Source: a virus
Taxonomy: Duplodnaviria > Caudoviricetes
Direction: 5' to 3' (one strand)
DNA length: 56,725 bases
IMG/VR virus record: IMGVR_UViG_3300020468_000008
Coordinates: 1-56,725 of that record
The position numbers and the translations under genes are program-made. Positions 28,401 to 37,694 of the stretch are shown here, in pieces; within the stretch, counting starts at the first letter, position 1, and the number at the start of each line of letters is the position of its first letter. The notes under the pieces were generated by a model. That model made no database searches and was not told where the DNA came from. It worked only from the letters and a program-made list of their open reading frames with translations.

Positions 28401-30414
28401 TGGAACAGTAGACCAAATTTCGGACAGTGCTTGGACAGTATCAGCTCAATCTCCAACTGCAAGCAATCGTTATTTGTGGCAAATTTCAAAGAGAGTTTTT
28501 CCTCCAACAAGGACTACAAGCACAGATGCTTCTCAGTTTGTTACCGTTCCAGATTCAGATTCAACAGATAGTATTACAGAAACTTGGACTACTCCTGTAA
28601 TTATTGGAATTTTTGGAGATGTTGGTAGAAATGCACGAGCGATTAAGTTGATACCAAATTTTCAATTCATGCCTAAAGACGATCTTACCCAGTCGGGTGC
28701 AGATTCAACTGTTACATGTAAAGTTGATATTCAGCCATTCGAGGATGATGCAGGTACAGCAATAGCGGCTTCTAACTGGAAAGTAGAGTTTTTGGTTGAT
28801 AAAAATGATGGTAATGGTTTTGTTTCTAAACAGGGTCCGGCCAATCCTACTAATCCATATCTTAGTTCTAATGCTAATGAATTTACACTTGCGGATGCAG
28901 ATGAGCCTGTAGGAGGTAATGATACTGTACTGATTAGAGTTCAGTTGACTGAGACAGATGATAATTTTGCAAGTATAGTAGCTCAAGATACTGTTACAAT
29001 TACAAGACTTAGTGAGGGAATTTCGAGTAATCTTACAAACTATTCTCATATTGAGCCTGCAAATGTCCTAGGACACTTAACAGATCCACTTGTAAACGGA
29101 AGAATAGCTGGTGCAGGCGGAGGATTCCAAGTTTTTAGAAATGGAACTGAAATAAGCACTGCAACTGAAAATGCAAACAATAGTCAACTTACTTTCGAAG
29201 TAGTAGGAGGATCTGATGGCGGGTCATATAGTACTAAAACACAAGGTGGATTGGAATTTAGAATAGATGAAATTACTGGAAGTTATACAGTAAGACCATA
29301 TAACGGTGCCGTGAGCAATTGGACCTCTGATAGAGAAAGTTTTGACGTAAAAGCTACTTTTTCAGGACAGGATCCTCACGCACCAATAACTTATACTTAT
29401 GTTATTACTAAATCAAGAGAAGGACTGGCTGGAGCAAGTATAGCTACTTCTTCTTCTACTGTTTTATTTACAAAACTATTAGCCACTTTAACTACCCTTA
29501 GTCCAAGTAATAGTGGAAATAGTACTCAACAAGTAACTTTTGATGACTCAATATCAATAAATAGTGCAATTGCATTTGAAGCCGGACAATCTGAAAGCGC
29601 AGGGGCTGTAAATGTAAATGGTAGTATTCAAAGTATAGGTACTCCTACTATCAATAACAATACGGGGAGCAAAAGCATAACTGTTGTTACACAGTTAAAA
29701 GATAATAGATCAGTAGCTCAAATCTCCTCTGATATAAAAATTATTATAAAAGCAAATGTTACTCAAGACGGCGGTACCGCAAAAAATTTGAAAATTCCTG
29801 TAGTTGTTAATACAGGTATTAACGGAGAGGATGGCTCAGGATCGAATGGATTCAGAACTGCAGAAGGCTATGTATACTACAATGTAGCTACTGCTTCGGC
29901 TCCTTCTGCCCCTACATCAGGCGGTATAGTAACATATACTTGGGGAGCTGCCAATCCATTCGTTAGCGGAGGTTCTAGCACACTTGCAAGCGGGTGGCAA
30001 TTAAGTCCTCCAGAGATGAAGCCCGGGCAGCAAGGACAGTATTACTATGCTCGTTATTCTGTTGAGGAAATAGATTCTGATAGTGATGGAACTCCAAATG
30101 CAACAAGTACATCAGGTGGCGGAGGATTAACTTTTGGAGCCGCAACTCTCGGACATAATTTTACAGGTCTTGTTACTTTTCATAGTACGTCAGGTATAAA
30201 TGGAAGCGGAGCATTTTCTGATGACGGAGGACAAAATTTCACCACAATTGATGGTGGAAATATATCAACAGATTCAATAGCAGCAAACAAGTTGAATATT
30301 GGTAAGACAGGGCTGAGTACTAGTAGAATGCTTTTACTAGAAAATTCTCTTAAAATTTTCGAAGGAAACAACTTAAGAGTGCATCTAGGAGATCTTACCA
30401 ATACTACTGAGTAA
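22408..30414 (+). CDS. central tail fibre / host specificity protein J-like (2668 aa)
   Basis: ISEGPIQGL, YPYTA, YTDNPAWIFYD, YCDELV, AFGCTSEGQAIRYGRW, FN3-like PPTNL..VSWDRP, long beta-rich C-terminal half. Confidence 0.9.
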   Translation: MPFSILGRDRRKAYPGNNSLRRVVGRGFTEQQISLTDMISEGPIQGLVRGGASIYLNNDSMFNFDTSAYYSEPGESIKYQSPSNITANAKKGLAENGTTEIGHTLNVSEFGAGFIWKTDSDLGQRFLTIFDIFSMEGSLWSDITKETGWGSSYGYKEAKFNWDASNSTATPNNFPVAANTKTNANRLLGMQTPESSLGSGIDGYRNLITKVTVTGKNDRVVDGMLTEIGANYFIVRFYNSRANFVVNQDKSEIDVSFSQVYEIKTIDTTAKTITIIADPRNSAPYNVDNRPGFDFENKKFNISASRNQAAESKHRSSGYQFRNGNVEQEAITGLYGVGTTSVSIDPPGELHAGVSKTVSFSGAQSSEIDTVLIMFNYPSGLYEIFTGNGDKHNAGAGYVIQGRFYYEYGADALQVDNSTDGRDGKLVTFEGNHAIEAQAASDCNEAMGPNRPFSVVEGQNVFGHGGKHLTDVSFSHEISLEQYQPFVKFDLIITRITNSESMTDKDNGRAHTWGNSSGQNDIHTGQNLAWKSKVANQAMQSGRCNQIFGVVQDKLTYPYTAVANVNFSSQSFDSPPERGYECYGMKVLIPDNYQTREQKGLLANNTFPDVKDLYSGIWTGTFKKNKVYTDNPAWIFYDFISNNRYGLGEFVKSLDINKYSLYKIARYCDELVPDGRGGLEPRFRGNFYFQKATDAYKILKDIATNFRAMLYWMEGELSPVIDEKKTPVYAFNRSNVIDGRFEYQSSGSKTRTNQITVSWNNPDADYKLEPLIIEDRQNILNTGTLVKEEATAFGCTSEGQAIRYGRWKLWTAINQTEVVSFQSSLNSAFLTVGDIITVQDNHDFGVSFSGRVSEAQAGTVSSGQRTQTFTIDREVTTKDGNLFGLTDKQISFLVVDSSVILSQSTSVTIDSVVYNQGDKLPKAYNEAGTLFTFTGSDSDIQKLVNNSYDANGNTISVEYFPETRVITAEINNNWVGITPKDITVTYPESEDAIDLIEKGTIWGIKDNPITKESPKEYKIISIAEEENSVYNFTGIEYYEGKFDTIESNFNLAIPDPLNSQVSEEVPPPTNLRILRIPDFNKNGEEIIVSWDRPTSGLYKEFELEDTTKNPPELVRLDQTSYPIDGVQSGSYVFTVYSVDDIGNRSVPVSAEVIIEDFYEGTHERFKGLLKGGKINSKELIVHDSTTTPGIFTAGLESSSPLFYSPTDTDAISTAITNNTHKTADWYALALKFAENGQPHPWWGPNTDANDPRDYPYASEEAFLAIIGYNTSSPRLRLINFVQDPVLNVDYWYDQTYLNKLKYNENFPNTFFAQGEKNHIWGNGRTNGSHITPTEQGLATSEQGTNKVTLSTSTPLSLTDIIWFFGNMAARITGIEGYDSSNSTQTIFLDRTFNTVSSDISVAQQHSTSAFIDSFNLQGTDSNLNGKTRFTVADASAFQVGDYVRTHSGESTSHQDNSVRFRKYRKILHIFDNEIIVDVAYSTSDAYSGWIAGDRLTTEITNQPFILPELRPDPTADFLLGKLKYTGGTPSFTYESFCNVRTDLTNEKAIIAEANVAFIRYGGETTPIQLSDSGGGPLYQNLTVNITAIGYANPEFNIAGDNSTWTQLTSAPGDGIIPANNTAFVAGSATGVKSFQVDTGAGLIAFGDGTPLEFTVTVRDASDPTNTAKTISNTVLIEKIKDGAIGLDGKTARIVAGDSSILYDNVGTNPKFLDPDGDGFIDFSLFFNGFVAPLYRITLTEGTGSPGTLANYDWRQASSADTDSFEFEIPTTFVANTYPKVFKVEVAEKPDGWTTGTAVASSDIKATDVTSVIGQKAGSDGVSISIPNSTHPYNTDKFGNIGSNATEVIPDSGTTIEVLLGGTPAIYVGNSTAVGKPSSTTLQDNQWYFESITNSGADLTIGGISIDSSATPANSVINIGNHTMFNLHSSNTNPTDDREVITYLIRAKINGVETVRKGLQTLSKSIEGIEGSEIVNLHRINNSQSSPGTLPTARYNFTDGTVDQISDSAWTVSAQSPTASNRYLWQISKRVFPPTRTTSTDASQFVTVPDSDSTDSITETWTTPVIIGIFGDVGRNARAIKLIPNFQFMPKDDLTQSGADSTVTCKVDIQPFEDDAGTAIAASNWKVEFLVDKNDGNGFVSKQGPANPTNPYLSSNANEFTLADADEPVGGNDTVLIRVQLTETDDNFASIVAQDTVTITRLSEGISSNLTNYSHIEPANVLGHLTDPLVNGRIAGAGGGFQVFRNGTEISTATENANNSQLTFEVVGGSDGGSYSTKTQGGLEFRIDEITGSYTVRPYNGAVSNWTSDRESFDVKATFSGQDPHAPITYTYVITKSREGLAGASIATSSSTVLFTKLLATLTTLSPSNSGNSTQQVTFDDSISINSAIAFEAGQSESAGAVNVNGSIQSIGTPTINNNTGSKSITVVTQLKDNRSVAQISSDIKIIIKANVTQDGGTAKNLKIPVVVNTGINGEDGSGSNGFRTAEGYVYYNVATASAPSAPTSGGIVTYTWGAANPFVSGGSSTLASGWQLSPPEMKPGQQGQYYYARYSVEEIDSDSDGTPNATSTSGGGGLTFGAATLGHNFTGLVTFHSTSGINGSGAFSDDGGQNFTTIDGGNISTDSIAANKLNIGKTGLSTSRMLLLENSLKIFEGNNLRVHLGDLTNTTE

Positions 30415-30428
30415 ATATGAGACTAGCT

Positions 30429-30468
30429 AAAAATAAATCTTGACATTTTATGTTACGGTTGATATAAT
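30429..30468 (+). promoter_or_regulatory. consensus sigma70 promoter for the fibre operon
   Basis: AAAAATAA upstream, TTGACA 30440-30445, 17 bp, TATAAT 30463-30468. Confidence 0.9.
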
Positions 30469-30516
30469 CATCTTAATTGTACTAAAAGCCTCCTCTAGGA
30501 GTAAGTCGAAAAACAA

Positions 30517-30855
30517 ATGGATATAATTCAAGTAGTAAAAGGCGATACCGGACCCCAGCTAAAAGCGACTGTAACTCGCTCTGATACTGGAGAGGCTTTT
30601 GTAGGTTCTGGAAGTATAAATTTACGTATTCGTAAAAAAGGTACTACAGCCATAATTTCAACTATTGCTTTGGATACGAGTGCTTCTACTCTGTCTAATG
30701 GTATACTTGTTTTTCCTCTGTCCGCTTTCTTGACAAACAATAGTACGGAAGAAGGCTTTTATGAAGGAGAAATTGAATTCACTCTTGGAGATGGATCAAT
30801 TATGAGTGTGTTTGAATTAATTGATTTCAAAGTTCGAGATGATTTTGGAACATGA
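30517..30855 (+). CDS. BppU N-terminal-like small structural protein
   Basis: VVKGDTGPQL...GFYEGEIEFT...IDFKVRDDF pattern. Confidence 0.6.
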   Translation: MDIIQVVKGDTGPQLKATVTRSDTGEAFVGSGSINLRIRKKGTTAIISTIALDTSASTLSNGILVFPLSAFLTNNSTEEGFYEGEIEFTLGDGSIMSVFELIDFKVRDDFGT

Positions 30856-31037
30856 AAAAGACTCTTATTTTTACTATGGAGCCTATATTACATAACTCTC
30901 CAAGGTTAAAGAGAGCAAAGTCTACACTTCCAGATTTAAGGCAACGTACTTCAAATACTGCACAGTTTTTTGGATTAATTGAAAATACTCCAAAATTAAA
31001 AGCAGCGGAGGTTTTAGAAATATTAGTGGCGGTGTAA
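30852..31037 (+). CDS. hypothetical protein
   Basis: ATGA overlap with previous gene; fills the gap to the next gene. Confidence 0.55.
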   Translation: MKKTLIFTMEPILHNSPRLKRAKSTLPDLRQRTSNTAQFFGLIENTPKLKAAEVLEILVAV

Positions 31038-31038
31038 A

Positions 31039-33675
31039 ATGTCTTTAGAATCTAAAATTAATTTATTGCTTTCGCAGGCAAAAGATGATCCTAGATTTAA
31101 AGAGATTTCTTCAACCAGCCTTAGAATGGGCACGACTTCTGTATCGAATGAGCCTTTATTAGAGGGGTTTAATATAGGAGTCAGCCCTTTAATATCTGGA
31201 ACATCAGCAAATACACCACAATTTTTAGATTTAAGATTAGAGTTATTTGTAGTACTGAAAGTAAATATTGATAATGTAAAAGTAGCTGTTAGTGATGTAT
31301 TTAAAGAAATCAAAATATCAAAAGAATTTATTGATGCTCTTGATATTGCTGAAAAAGTTACAAAAGAAGTATTTAAGCCCTTTAAAGAAAGTTTAACTTT
31401 ACATACAGAAATAAAATTTGCACAAAAATCTTCTTTAAAAGATATTTTTAACATACAAGACTTTGCTGAACATTTACAAACCAAAAGTCTTTTATCAAAT
31501 GTAGAAACTCGGCAGCAAGTATCTAAGTTTCTTAAAGAAGAATTTTTACGAAGACAATTTCGTAAAGAATATCCGCTTTATGAGTTAGCAAATAGACTGT
31601 CAAAAGATCATGGTGTAGTTGGAGGGTTTGGAAGAGATTTTGGCTTCGGAGGAGCCCAAGAAGATCAGTATTACTGGTTAGATAGCACTGCGTGGCTTGG
31701 ATTCAGTGCAATTAATAGGCACCCAAAGTATGGTATAATAAATATAGGAGGATCTGGGTCTGCAGAAATACCCCCTTTAGCACCAATATTTGTTTCTGGA
31801 ATAAGCAATCCTCCCTTTTGGTATGGAAATACAGGAGGTTGGATTTATTGGTGGATGCCCGGCTATGGATTACAGTCCGGAGCAAACGTATTTGAGGATG
31901 AAGCTTACACAGGAGTACCCAACTCATCCGGGTATACAAATAGAAGAAATAATATATATGTATGGAATTTAACTAACTCTAATCCTTACATCCCCAATTT
32001 TTTTACTAACCCTACAGATTCTAACTATTGGAAAAAACATCCGCAAGAAATTATAAATGCTCAGACTTTGCCCGCAAGCAGTGAAATTATTAATGAGCCA
32101 GGAGAATTAGCTCAGTTTGTAAATGAAATAGTACAAATTCTTAGAGAGATAAAAGAAAAACCAACAGATACTATAACAGCTAGAACTTCTACTTTAGTGC
32201 CTAAAGCAAAAGTAACAAAAGAAACATTAAACTCTCTTTCTGCCTCTAGTTTTTTACTGAATAGAATAACAGAAAGCACAAATGCAAAAACAGTTAGTGA
32301 TCTAAATAAAATACAATTAGATAAAACTCTTAGAGAGATTGCAAGTATTAGGGCTTCTTCAATATTACCAAGTAAAGGAAAGATAAAAGTAGATCAAGTG
32401 TCTGCAAAAGATGAAGAGCTCAAAAAATTACTAAGAACTATTACTGTAAAAGCAGAACTTGATGATAGAAGCAAATTAAAAGTAACTAAATCAAAAGGCG
32501 AAGGAGAAACTGTAGGAAAATCAAGAAGTAGTTTAGTTATAAATCCTGCTTTTTTTGAACTTTCCACTGATAAGTTTTCAAGCATCATAGAAAAAAGATT
32601 TAAAGTTTCTAAAGAAACAGACAATAAAGCAAAAACATTAAGCAGTACTTCAAAAATTCCCGGTAGAGGAGAGCGAGAAGTATTTGATATTAGAGATGCA
32701 GCTCTTACGCCCTCTAAATTTTATTTTGATAGTGATAGATTTTTAAGCTCAATTACTTCTTCAATAAAACTTGACTCACCAAAAGTAGAACAAATATTAT
32801 CAAAAGCAATTGCTAAATTAAATCCTAATAAACCGGCAGAAGAAACTTTAAATTTACTAGACTCTTCTCCTCTTGTACCAAAAGCAAAATCAAATTTTGA
32901 TAGAGTCTTTGTTATTAGTGATATAGATTTTGATAGACGAATGGCGTTCGAAAGTTTTATAGGATGGGATGCAGCCAATGAATTTATTACAAAAGACTTT
33001 GAAAAAATAATTCATGGAAAAGATAAAGTAAATTTAATCAATTTAGTTTTAAGCCCAAAAGGAAAGGTGTTAGGAACTAAAATAGGAGTACAAAATAAAG
33101 ATAGAGATAGTGGATTTTTTGGAGATGTTTTCTTTTTATTCAATCGAGCAGTAACAGAGGAAACAGCAAAGACACTTTCATTTACATCAAAACTTTTCGG
33201 TAGAACTACACAAACTAAAATTAAAATTAGAGATATGTCTCTAAGTCCAAAGGCAAAAATTCTACTAGAAAGATTATTGCTTGAAGATACTCGTCATACT
33301 TTTTTAGTGGGAAAAGGACTAACTGAACAAAAACTTTTTATAAAAGATGAAACAGTAACAAAAGATGTTGTAAAAAATGTAAAAGTTTCTTTGCTTAAAA
33401 GTAATAATTTTGTACTTGTACCAAAAGCTAAATTAAATATAGATATTTTTAAAGCTTCAGATAATTTTAATCCTTGGCTTTTTAATAAAGTTAGAGATTT
33501 TATACTTGAAGTGAAAGATGAGCCCAAAAAGGGTCCAAATACTGGTATTAATAACACTCTTTCGTCCTCTATGAAAGGTTATGCTTTCATTAGGGACGAA
33601 GACTACGTAAAAGGAGCATATTTTTTACAACCATATGTTGCTACAATACCCCCTGGCAGATCACGCCAATTTTAA
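31039..33675 (+). CDS. putative virion protein, Lys/Ser-rich degenerate repeats with an aromatic insert
   Basis: 878-aa ORF in the fibre operon; recurring PK(A/G)K motifs; C-terminal DY...YF...YV. Confidence 0.55.
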   Translation: MSLESKINLLLSQAKDDPRFKEISSTSLRMGTTSVSNEPLLEGFNIGVSPLISGTSANTPQFLDLRLELFVVLKVNIDNVKVAVSDVFKEIKISKEFIDALDIAEKVTKEVFKPFKESLTLHTEIKFAQKSSLKDIFNIQDFAEHLQTKSLLSNVETRQQVSKFLKEEFLRRQFRKEYPLYELANRLSKDHGVVGGFGRDFGFGGAQEDQYYWLDSTAWLGFSAINRHPKYGIINIGGSGSAEIPPLAPIFVSGISNPPFWYGNTGGWIYWWMPGYGLQSGANVFEDEAYTGVPNSSGYTNRRNNIYVWNLTNSNPYIPNFFTNPTDSNYWKKHPQEIINAQTLPASSEIINEPGELAQFVNEIVQILREIKEKPTDTITARTSTLVPKAKVTKETLNSLSASSFLLNRITESTNAKTVSDLNKIQLDKTLREIASIRASSILPSKGKIKVDQVSAKDEELKKLLRTITVKAELDDRSKLKVTKSKGEGETVGKSRSSLVINPAFFELSTDKFSSIIEKRFKVSKETDNKAKTLSSTSKIPGRGEREVFDIRDAALTPSKFYFDSDRFLSSITSSIKLDSPKVEQILSKAIAKLNPNKPAEETLNLLDSSPLVPKAKSNFDRVFVISDIDFDRRMAFESFIGWDAANEFITKDFEKIIHGKDKVNLINLVLSPKGKVLGTKIGVQNKDRDSGFFGDVFFLFNRAVTEETAKTLSFTSKLFGRTTQTKIKIRDMSLSPKAKILLERLLLEDTRHTFLVGKGLTEQKLFIKDETVTKDVVKNVKVSLLKSNNFVLVPKAKLNIDIFKASDNFNPWLFNKVRDFILEVKDEPKKGPNTGINNTLSSSMKGYAFIRDEDYVKGAYFLQPYVATIPPGRSRQF

Positions 33676-33687
33676 AGGAGAAATTAA

Positions 33688-35796
33688 ATGTACCAAGACG
33701 ATTGTCGCTTAAAAGGTGTTGTAAACCTAGTCCTTCGTGATAAAGATGGTAAGGTAAAGCAACACAAAACAATACGAAATAAAGTAACTCGGTCGGGCAT
33801 TGCTCATATCATCGGAAGAATGATAGACGATGGCCAAGATAAGTTCGGTTTACATAAAATGCCTCGAATGATGAGCCATATGGCAATCGGAATCGGAGCC
33901 GCAGCTAGAGCCGACGCAAATGATTATACTTCTAAAACTTACGACGCTCTACCTACAAATAAGCCCGGCCAAACAGACGCTGGAGGTACTACAGGTACTT
34001 CAAGAAAAAGAGCTGCAAGCCCTCAGACATTTGATAAAATGTTACAAGATGAGAGAGGGTTTCGTGTACAGCTAATGAAAGATACTACTCTTGCTACTGA
34101 TTATGGTACGCTGGATCTTGTTCTAACAAAAGATGGAAGTAACGATTTTACTCAAAGCAGTGGCACTAAACTGACTTTTTTAACAGGAAGTACTACAAAT
34201 AGTATCTCTAGCTTAAATCAACTTCGTGTTGGTTTAAGAATTAATAAAATTGATACAAATTCTGCTTTTTCTGGAGGAAATGCAGATATTACTGCTTCAA
34301 ATATAAAAATTAGTAAAATAGAATCTGGAGTATCTCCGGGCTCTTCTGGAGGCTCTACAATTACATTTGATGGTGCAATTCCTAGTGGAGCAAGACCCGG
34401 TGCAGGAGCTGCTGGACCTGTTTATATTCAGTTAGAGTACGTAGATAGAATTAATCTTACTACCTATAGTACAAATACTGCGATGCCAAATCATCCTACT
34501 CTAACTCATGAAAAATCAGTTTTTGAGCCAAAAAATTCTGCCGCTAACAAGATGGGGCCCTTTGGAGCTGCTCTTGAACGAATAGCCGGAAGCTCGGCAG
34601 ATACATTCTCAATGAATCTTGGAGCATCAGAAGAAAGATCAACTTCTGGAACTTTAGATAAGCAAGGACCTTTTACAGAGTTAGGTCTTGGTATGCTTGG
34701 AGTTACTCGAGGACGAATTGGTGCATTTTATGAAAGGTATATGGAGTATAACGTAAAACTTATACATACTACTTCTGCAGGTTTGACCGATGCAAATAGC
34801 GCAAATCAAAACCCAGTTACAACAAACTTACACGAGCCTTCTTACGCCGTTTTAGATGGAACTGCAAATACAAATACAGATCAAGATAATAGAACGGCTC
34901 GCTTCCCTTTCTTGGGGGCAGAAGAAGATAAGCCTGCAGGACAAGCTTCTGTTGGTGTTGAAACAAATCTTTCTGCTGCATCCCTTAATAATCCAACTAC
35001 AAGTAGCGGAGGTAGTGGTAGAGGGACTGAATTTATTCAATTCGGAACAGCGGTAGATGGAATTTTTCAAGGAGAGCTTCTTGGTTCAAGTATTACTGCA
35101 GACAGCTCAAGCACTGTCCCAGAAGGTTATGCCCCTACAGAAAATGACTACGGAACTATTGGAGGATTAACTGTAGACGCTGGAGAAGGTGCAGAAAAAC
35201 TTGCTGTATATGATATATCGAGCGGAAAAGCTTTTATTTCATATGATTTCTCTGGTGCTTCTTATGCTCCAAACGCTGTTGCAGGCTCAAAGAAAAACGG
35301 TGACAGAGTTGTTTACGTTGCTACTTTCAAAGAAAATAACCCTCGTCCTGAGCTAGACTATCAACAAGTTCATGCGACTGCAACAGGAACTTTGATTCCT
35401 CCAACAAATAGAATTTATCCTATTACAGAGGCGGGAATCTTTAATAAGCATAAGAAAGATTTAGGTATTTTTGATGTAGCTAATAGAACGTACACTGGCA
35501 GTGATGCAGCAATTTCAGATATTGCACATATTGATACTAGAGTTGGGTTGTCTAAACCTACTTCCGGTACAAGTATCGTGTTGGCTGCGGGAACAGTTGC
35601 AGATGATACTAATCATCCAGAAATAGAAGGAGTACTTACTTCTGGAGGCGTAAATATTACAGCAAGCTCACATGGATTTACACAAGGCCCAATTTCACAA
35701 ACTATGCTTTGTAGAACTACTTTTGATCCAGTGAATAAAGCAACTGCAGACACTCTGCAAATTACTTGGTCTGTTCAACTTCAAGACGCTACGTAA
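33688..35796 (+). CDS. tail collar / fibre attachment protein (T5 p132-like) expanded by insertions
   Basis: Core motifs GVVNLVL..NKVT..G, HMAIGIG, VVYVATF, ITEAGIFN, MLCRTTFDPVNKATADTLQITW spread over 702 aa; RBS AAGGAG. Confidence 0.65.
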   Translation: MYQDDCRLKGVVNLVLRDKDGKVKQHKTIRNKVTRSGIAHIIGRMIDDGQDKFGLHKMPRMMSHMAIGIGAAARADANDYTSKTYDALPTNKPGQTDAGGTTGTSRKRAASPQTFDKMLQDERGFRVQLMKDTTLATDYGTLDLVLTKDGSNDFTQSSGTKLTFLTGSTTNSISSLNQLRVGLRINKIDTNSAFSGGNADITASNIKISKIESGVSPGSSGGSTITFDGAIPSGARPGAGAAGPVYIQLEYVDRINLTTYSTNTAMPNHPTLTHEKSVFEPKNSAANKMGPFGAALERIAGSSADTFSMNLGASEERSTSGTLDKQGPFTELGLGMLGVTRGRIGAFYERYMEYNVKLIHTTSAGLTDANSANQNPVTTNLHEPSYAVLDGTANTNTDQDNRTARFPFLGAEEDKPAGQASVGVETNLSAASLNNPTTSSGGSGRGTEFIQFGTAVDGIFQGELLGSSITADSSSTVPEGYAPTENDYGTIGGLTVDAGEGAEKLAVYDISSGKAFISYDFSGASYAPNAVAGSKKNGDRVVYVATFKENNPRPELDYQQVHATATGTLIPPTNRIYPITEAGIFNKHKKDLGIFDVANRTYTGSDAAISDIAHIDTRVGLSKPTSGTSIVLAAGTVADDTNHPEIEGVLTSGGVNITASSHGFTQGPISQTMLCRTTFDPVNKATADTLQITWSVQLQDAT

Positions 35797-35807
35797 AGAG
35801 CATTTAA

Positions 35808-37694
35808 ATGACAAACCGATCTCAGTTTCCTGTATTTGACGCGAATAATGCGGCTCATGCCCCTTATATTTTAGATGGTATAAAATATAATTATAATACC
35901 TCTACGGGGCATTGGGAAACTGAGATCGGTAAAAATGTAACAATTGTTACAAAAGATACAGATGCTACATATAAAGTTACTCCTACTGTTGATCAATTTG
36001 TAGCACATTTAGCAAACGAACAACTTTTAACAGTAACACAAGTAGACAGTAACTTTATAAACTTAAAACAAGGTATTCTTGATCTTGAAAGAGAAACAAA
36101 TTATTTTCACGATGCTCTTCAAGATGGAATAAATAATGAAGCTAGTACTAGATTAGCAGAAGATACTAGAATTGAAGGTATTCTAACAAATTCTTCTACA
36201 GGTCTTGGATCAAAAATATCTACTTCTGGAGGTACTTTTACAGGTGCAGTTTTTGGTCCAACAGGCGCTGTAAATAGTGTTAGTGCACAATTAGTTAATG
36301 AGCAATTTTTAAATAGAGAATTTGGACAGTTTAATACTTCTCTTATTCCAAAAGTAAATAGTACACAGACTATTGGATCTTCTACAAAACAGTTTTCAGG
36401 AGTACATACTGAAAGTATATTTGTAGATACTTCAATTGAGCCAAGAGTAGCAAAAGCTCCTGATATAACTTTAAATGAGCTTCGATTCAATAGTACAACT
36501 GGTCAAAATGATTTAATACAATACAAAGATGTAAATATTGGTAGTACGACAAATAGATTTAATAAGTTATTTATTAGAGATATAGATGCAGCAGGAGACA
36601 CACTAACTTTAGGTACCTCCGCGTTAAAAGGCAAATCTGGTGGGGGTCTTCTTATTCCTGCAAATAGTGCTGTAGGAACTGCAGATAATGAAATTCCTAG
36701 TAATTTTGCTAATACTTTATTAGATGAAAGATTTGCAAATTATTTATTTAATAGTGATATTTTAAGTTCAAGTTTTACTGCGGGCGGAGCAATTGCATCG
36801 GGTAAACCTGTAAAGATAAATTTTGAAGGTACAGTTACTCAAATAACATCAAGTGTAAACTCTACAGGATTTATAGGATTTGCAACAAATACTGTAGCGG
36901 ACGGAGGCACTGTATTTGTTACAGTAAGCGGAAGAATCTCTGGACAAACAAATTTAACAACTGATTCTTTAGTTTATTTAGGGGATGATGGAACTCTTAG
37001 TCATACTAAAACAGATACGAATAAAAAAATAGGAGTTGCAGTATCAACAACTACTTTATTTTTATTTTCTACTGCTCCAACTTCTGAGTATATTCTTGCT
37101 AAAACCAAACTTGGATTTGATGATTTAAGTGCAGTTACAGGTACTCCTACAGGAGATGGAAGCTTAGAATATAGCTCTCTTACTGGAAGATTTACTTTTA
37201 CTCCTCCAAATTTATCTCCTTATGCTACTCAAACATATGTAACAACTCAAATAAATAATTTAATTTCCGGGGCTCCCGATGCTCTAAACACGCTAGATGA
37301 GCTAGCATCTGCTCTTAACGATAATGCAAATTTTGCTGCAGGAGTTACTACTGCGATTGGCTTAAAAGCTCCTTTAGCTTCACCAACATTTACAGGAACT
37401 CCTACAGTACCAGCGCCAGATTCTTCAAGTAATAGTAATCAAGTAGCTACTACTGCTTTTGTAAAAAGTCAATCCGGATCTTCTAGTTTATCTGGACTAA
37501 CAGATGTAACTATATCATCGAATTTACAAGATGGACAAGTTATAGCTTACGATGCGGTGGCAGGAATATTTAAAAATAGAGTTGGAACAGGTTCTGGATC
37601 TGGATCTTCTAATATTACTTTTATTGTTGATGGTGGCACAGCAACTACAGCAGCAAGTTCAGTAGATATATTTCTTGATGGGGGCGCCGCATAA
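35808..37694 (+). CDS. tail fibre-like protein
   Basis: APDALNTLDELASALND and KAPLASPTFTGTPT fibre repeats; C-terminal DGG motifs. Confidence 0.75.
   Translation: MTNRSQFPVFDANNAAHAPYILDGIKYNYNTSTGHWETEIGKNVTIVTKDTDATYKVTPTVDQFVAHLANEQLLTVTQVDSNFINLKQGILDLERETNYFHDALQDGINNEASTRLAEDTRIEGILTNSSTGLGSKISTSGGTFTGAVFGPTGAVNSVSAQLVNEQFLNREFGQFNTSLIPKVNSTQTIGSSTKQFSGVHTESIFVDTSIEPRVAKAPDITLNELRFNSTTGQNDLIQYKDVNIGSTTNRFNKLFIRDIDAAGDTLTLGTSALKGKSGGGLLIPANSAVGTADNEIPSNFANTLLDERFANYLFNSDILSSSFTAGGAIASGKPVKINFEGTVTQITSSVNSTGFIGFATNTVADGGTVFVTVSGRISGQTNLTTDSLVYLGDDGTLSHTKTDTNKKIGVAVSTTTLFLFSTAPTSEYILAKTKLGFDDLSAVTGTPTGDGSLEYSSLTGRFTFTPPNLSPYATQTYVTTQINNLISGAPDALNTLDELASALNDNANFAAGVTTAIGLKAPLASPTFTGTPTVPAPDSSSNSNQVATTAFVKSQSGSSSLSGLTDVTISSNLQDGQVIAYDAVAGIFKNRVGTGSGSGSSNITFIVDGGTATTAASSVDIFLDGGAA

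Noticed and set aside
30490-30501. CTCC-TCTA-GGAG mini-hairpin hiding a possible SD
   Set aside because: Only 4 bp and the GGAG is 15 nt from the ATG; too weak to claim regulation.
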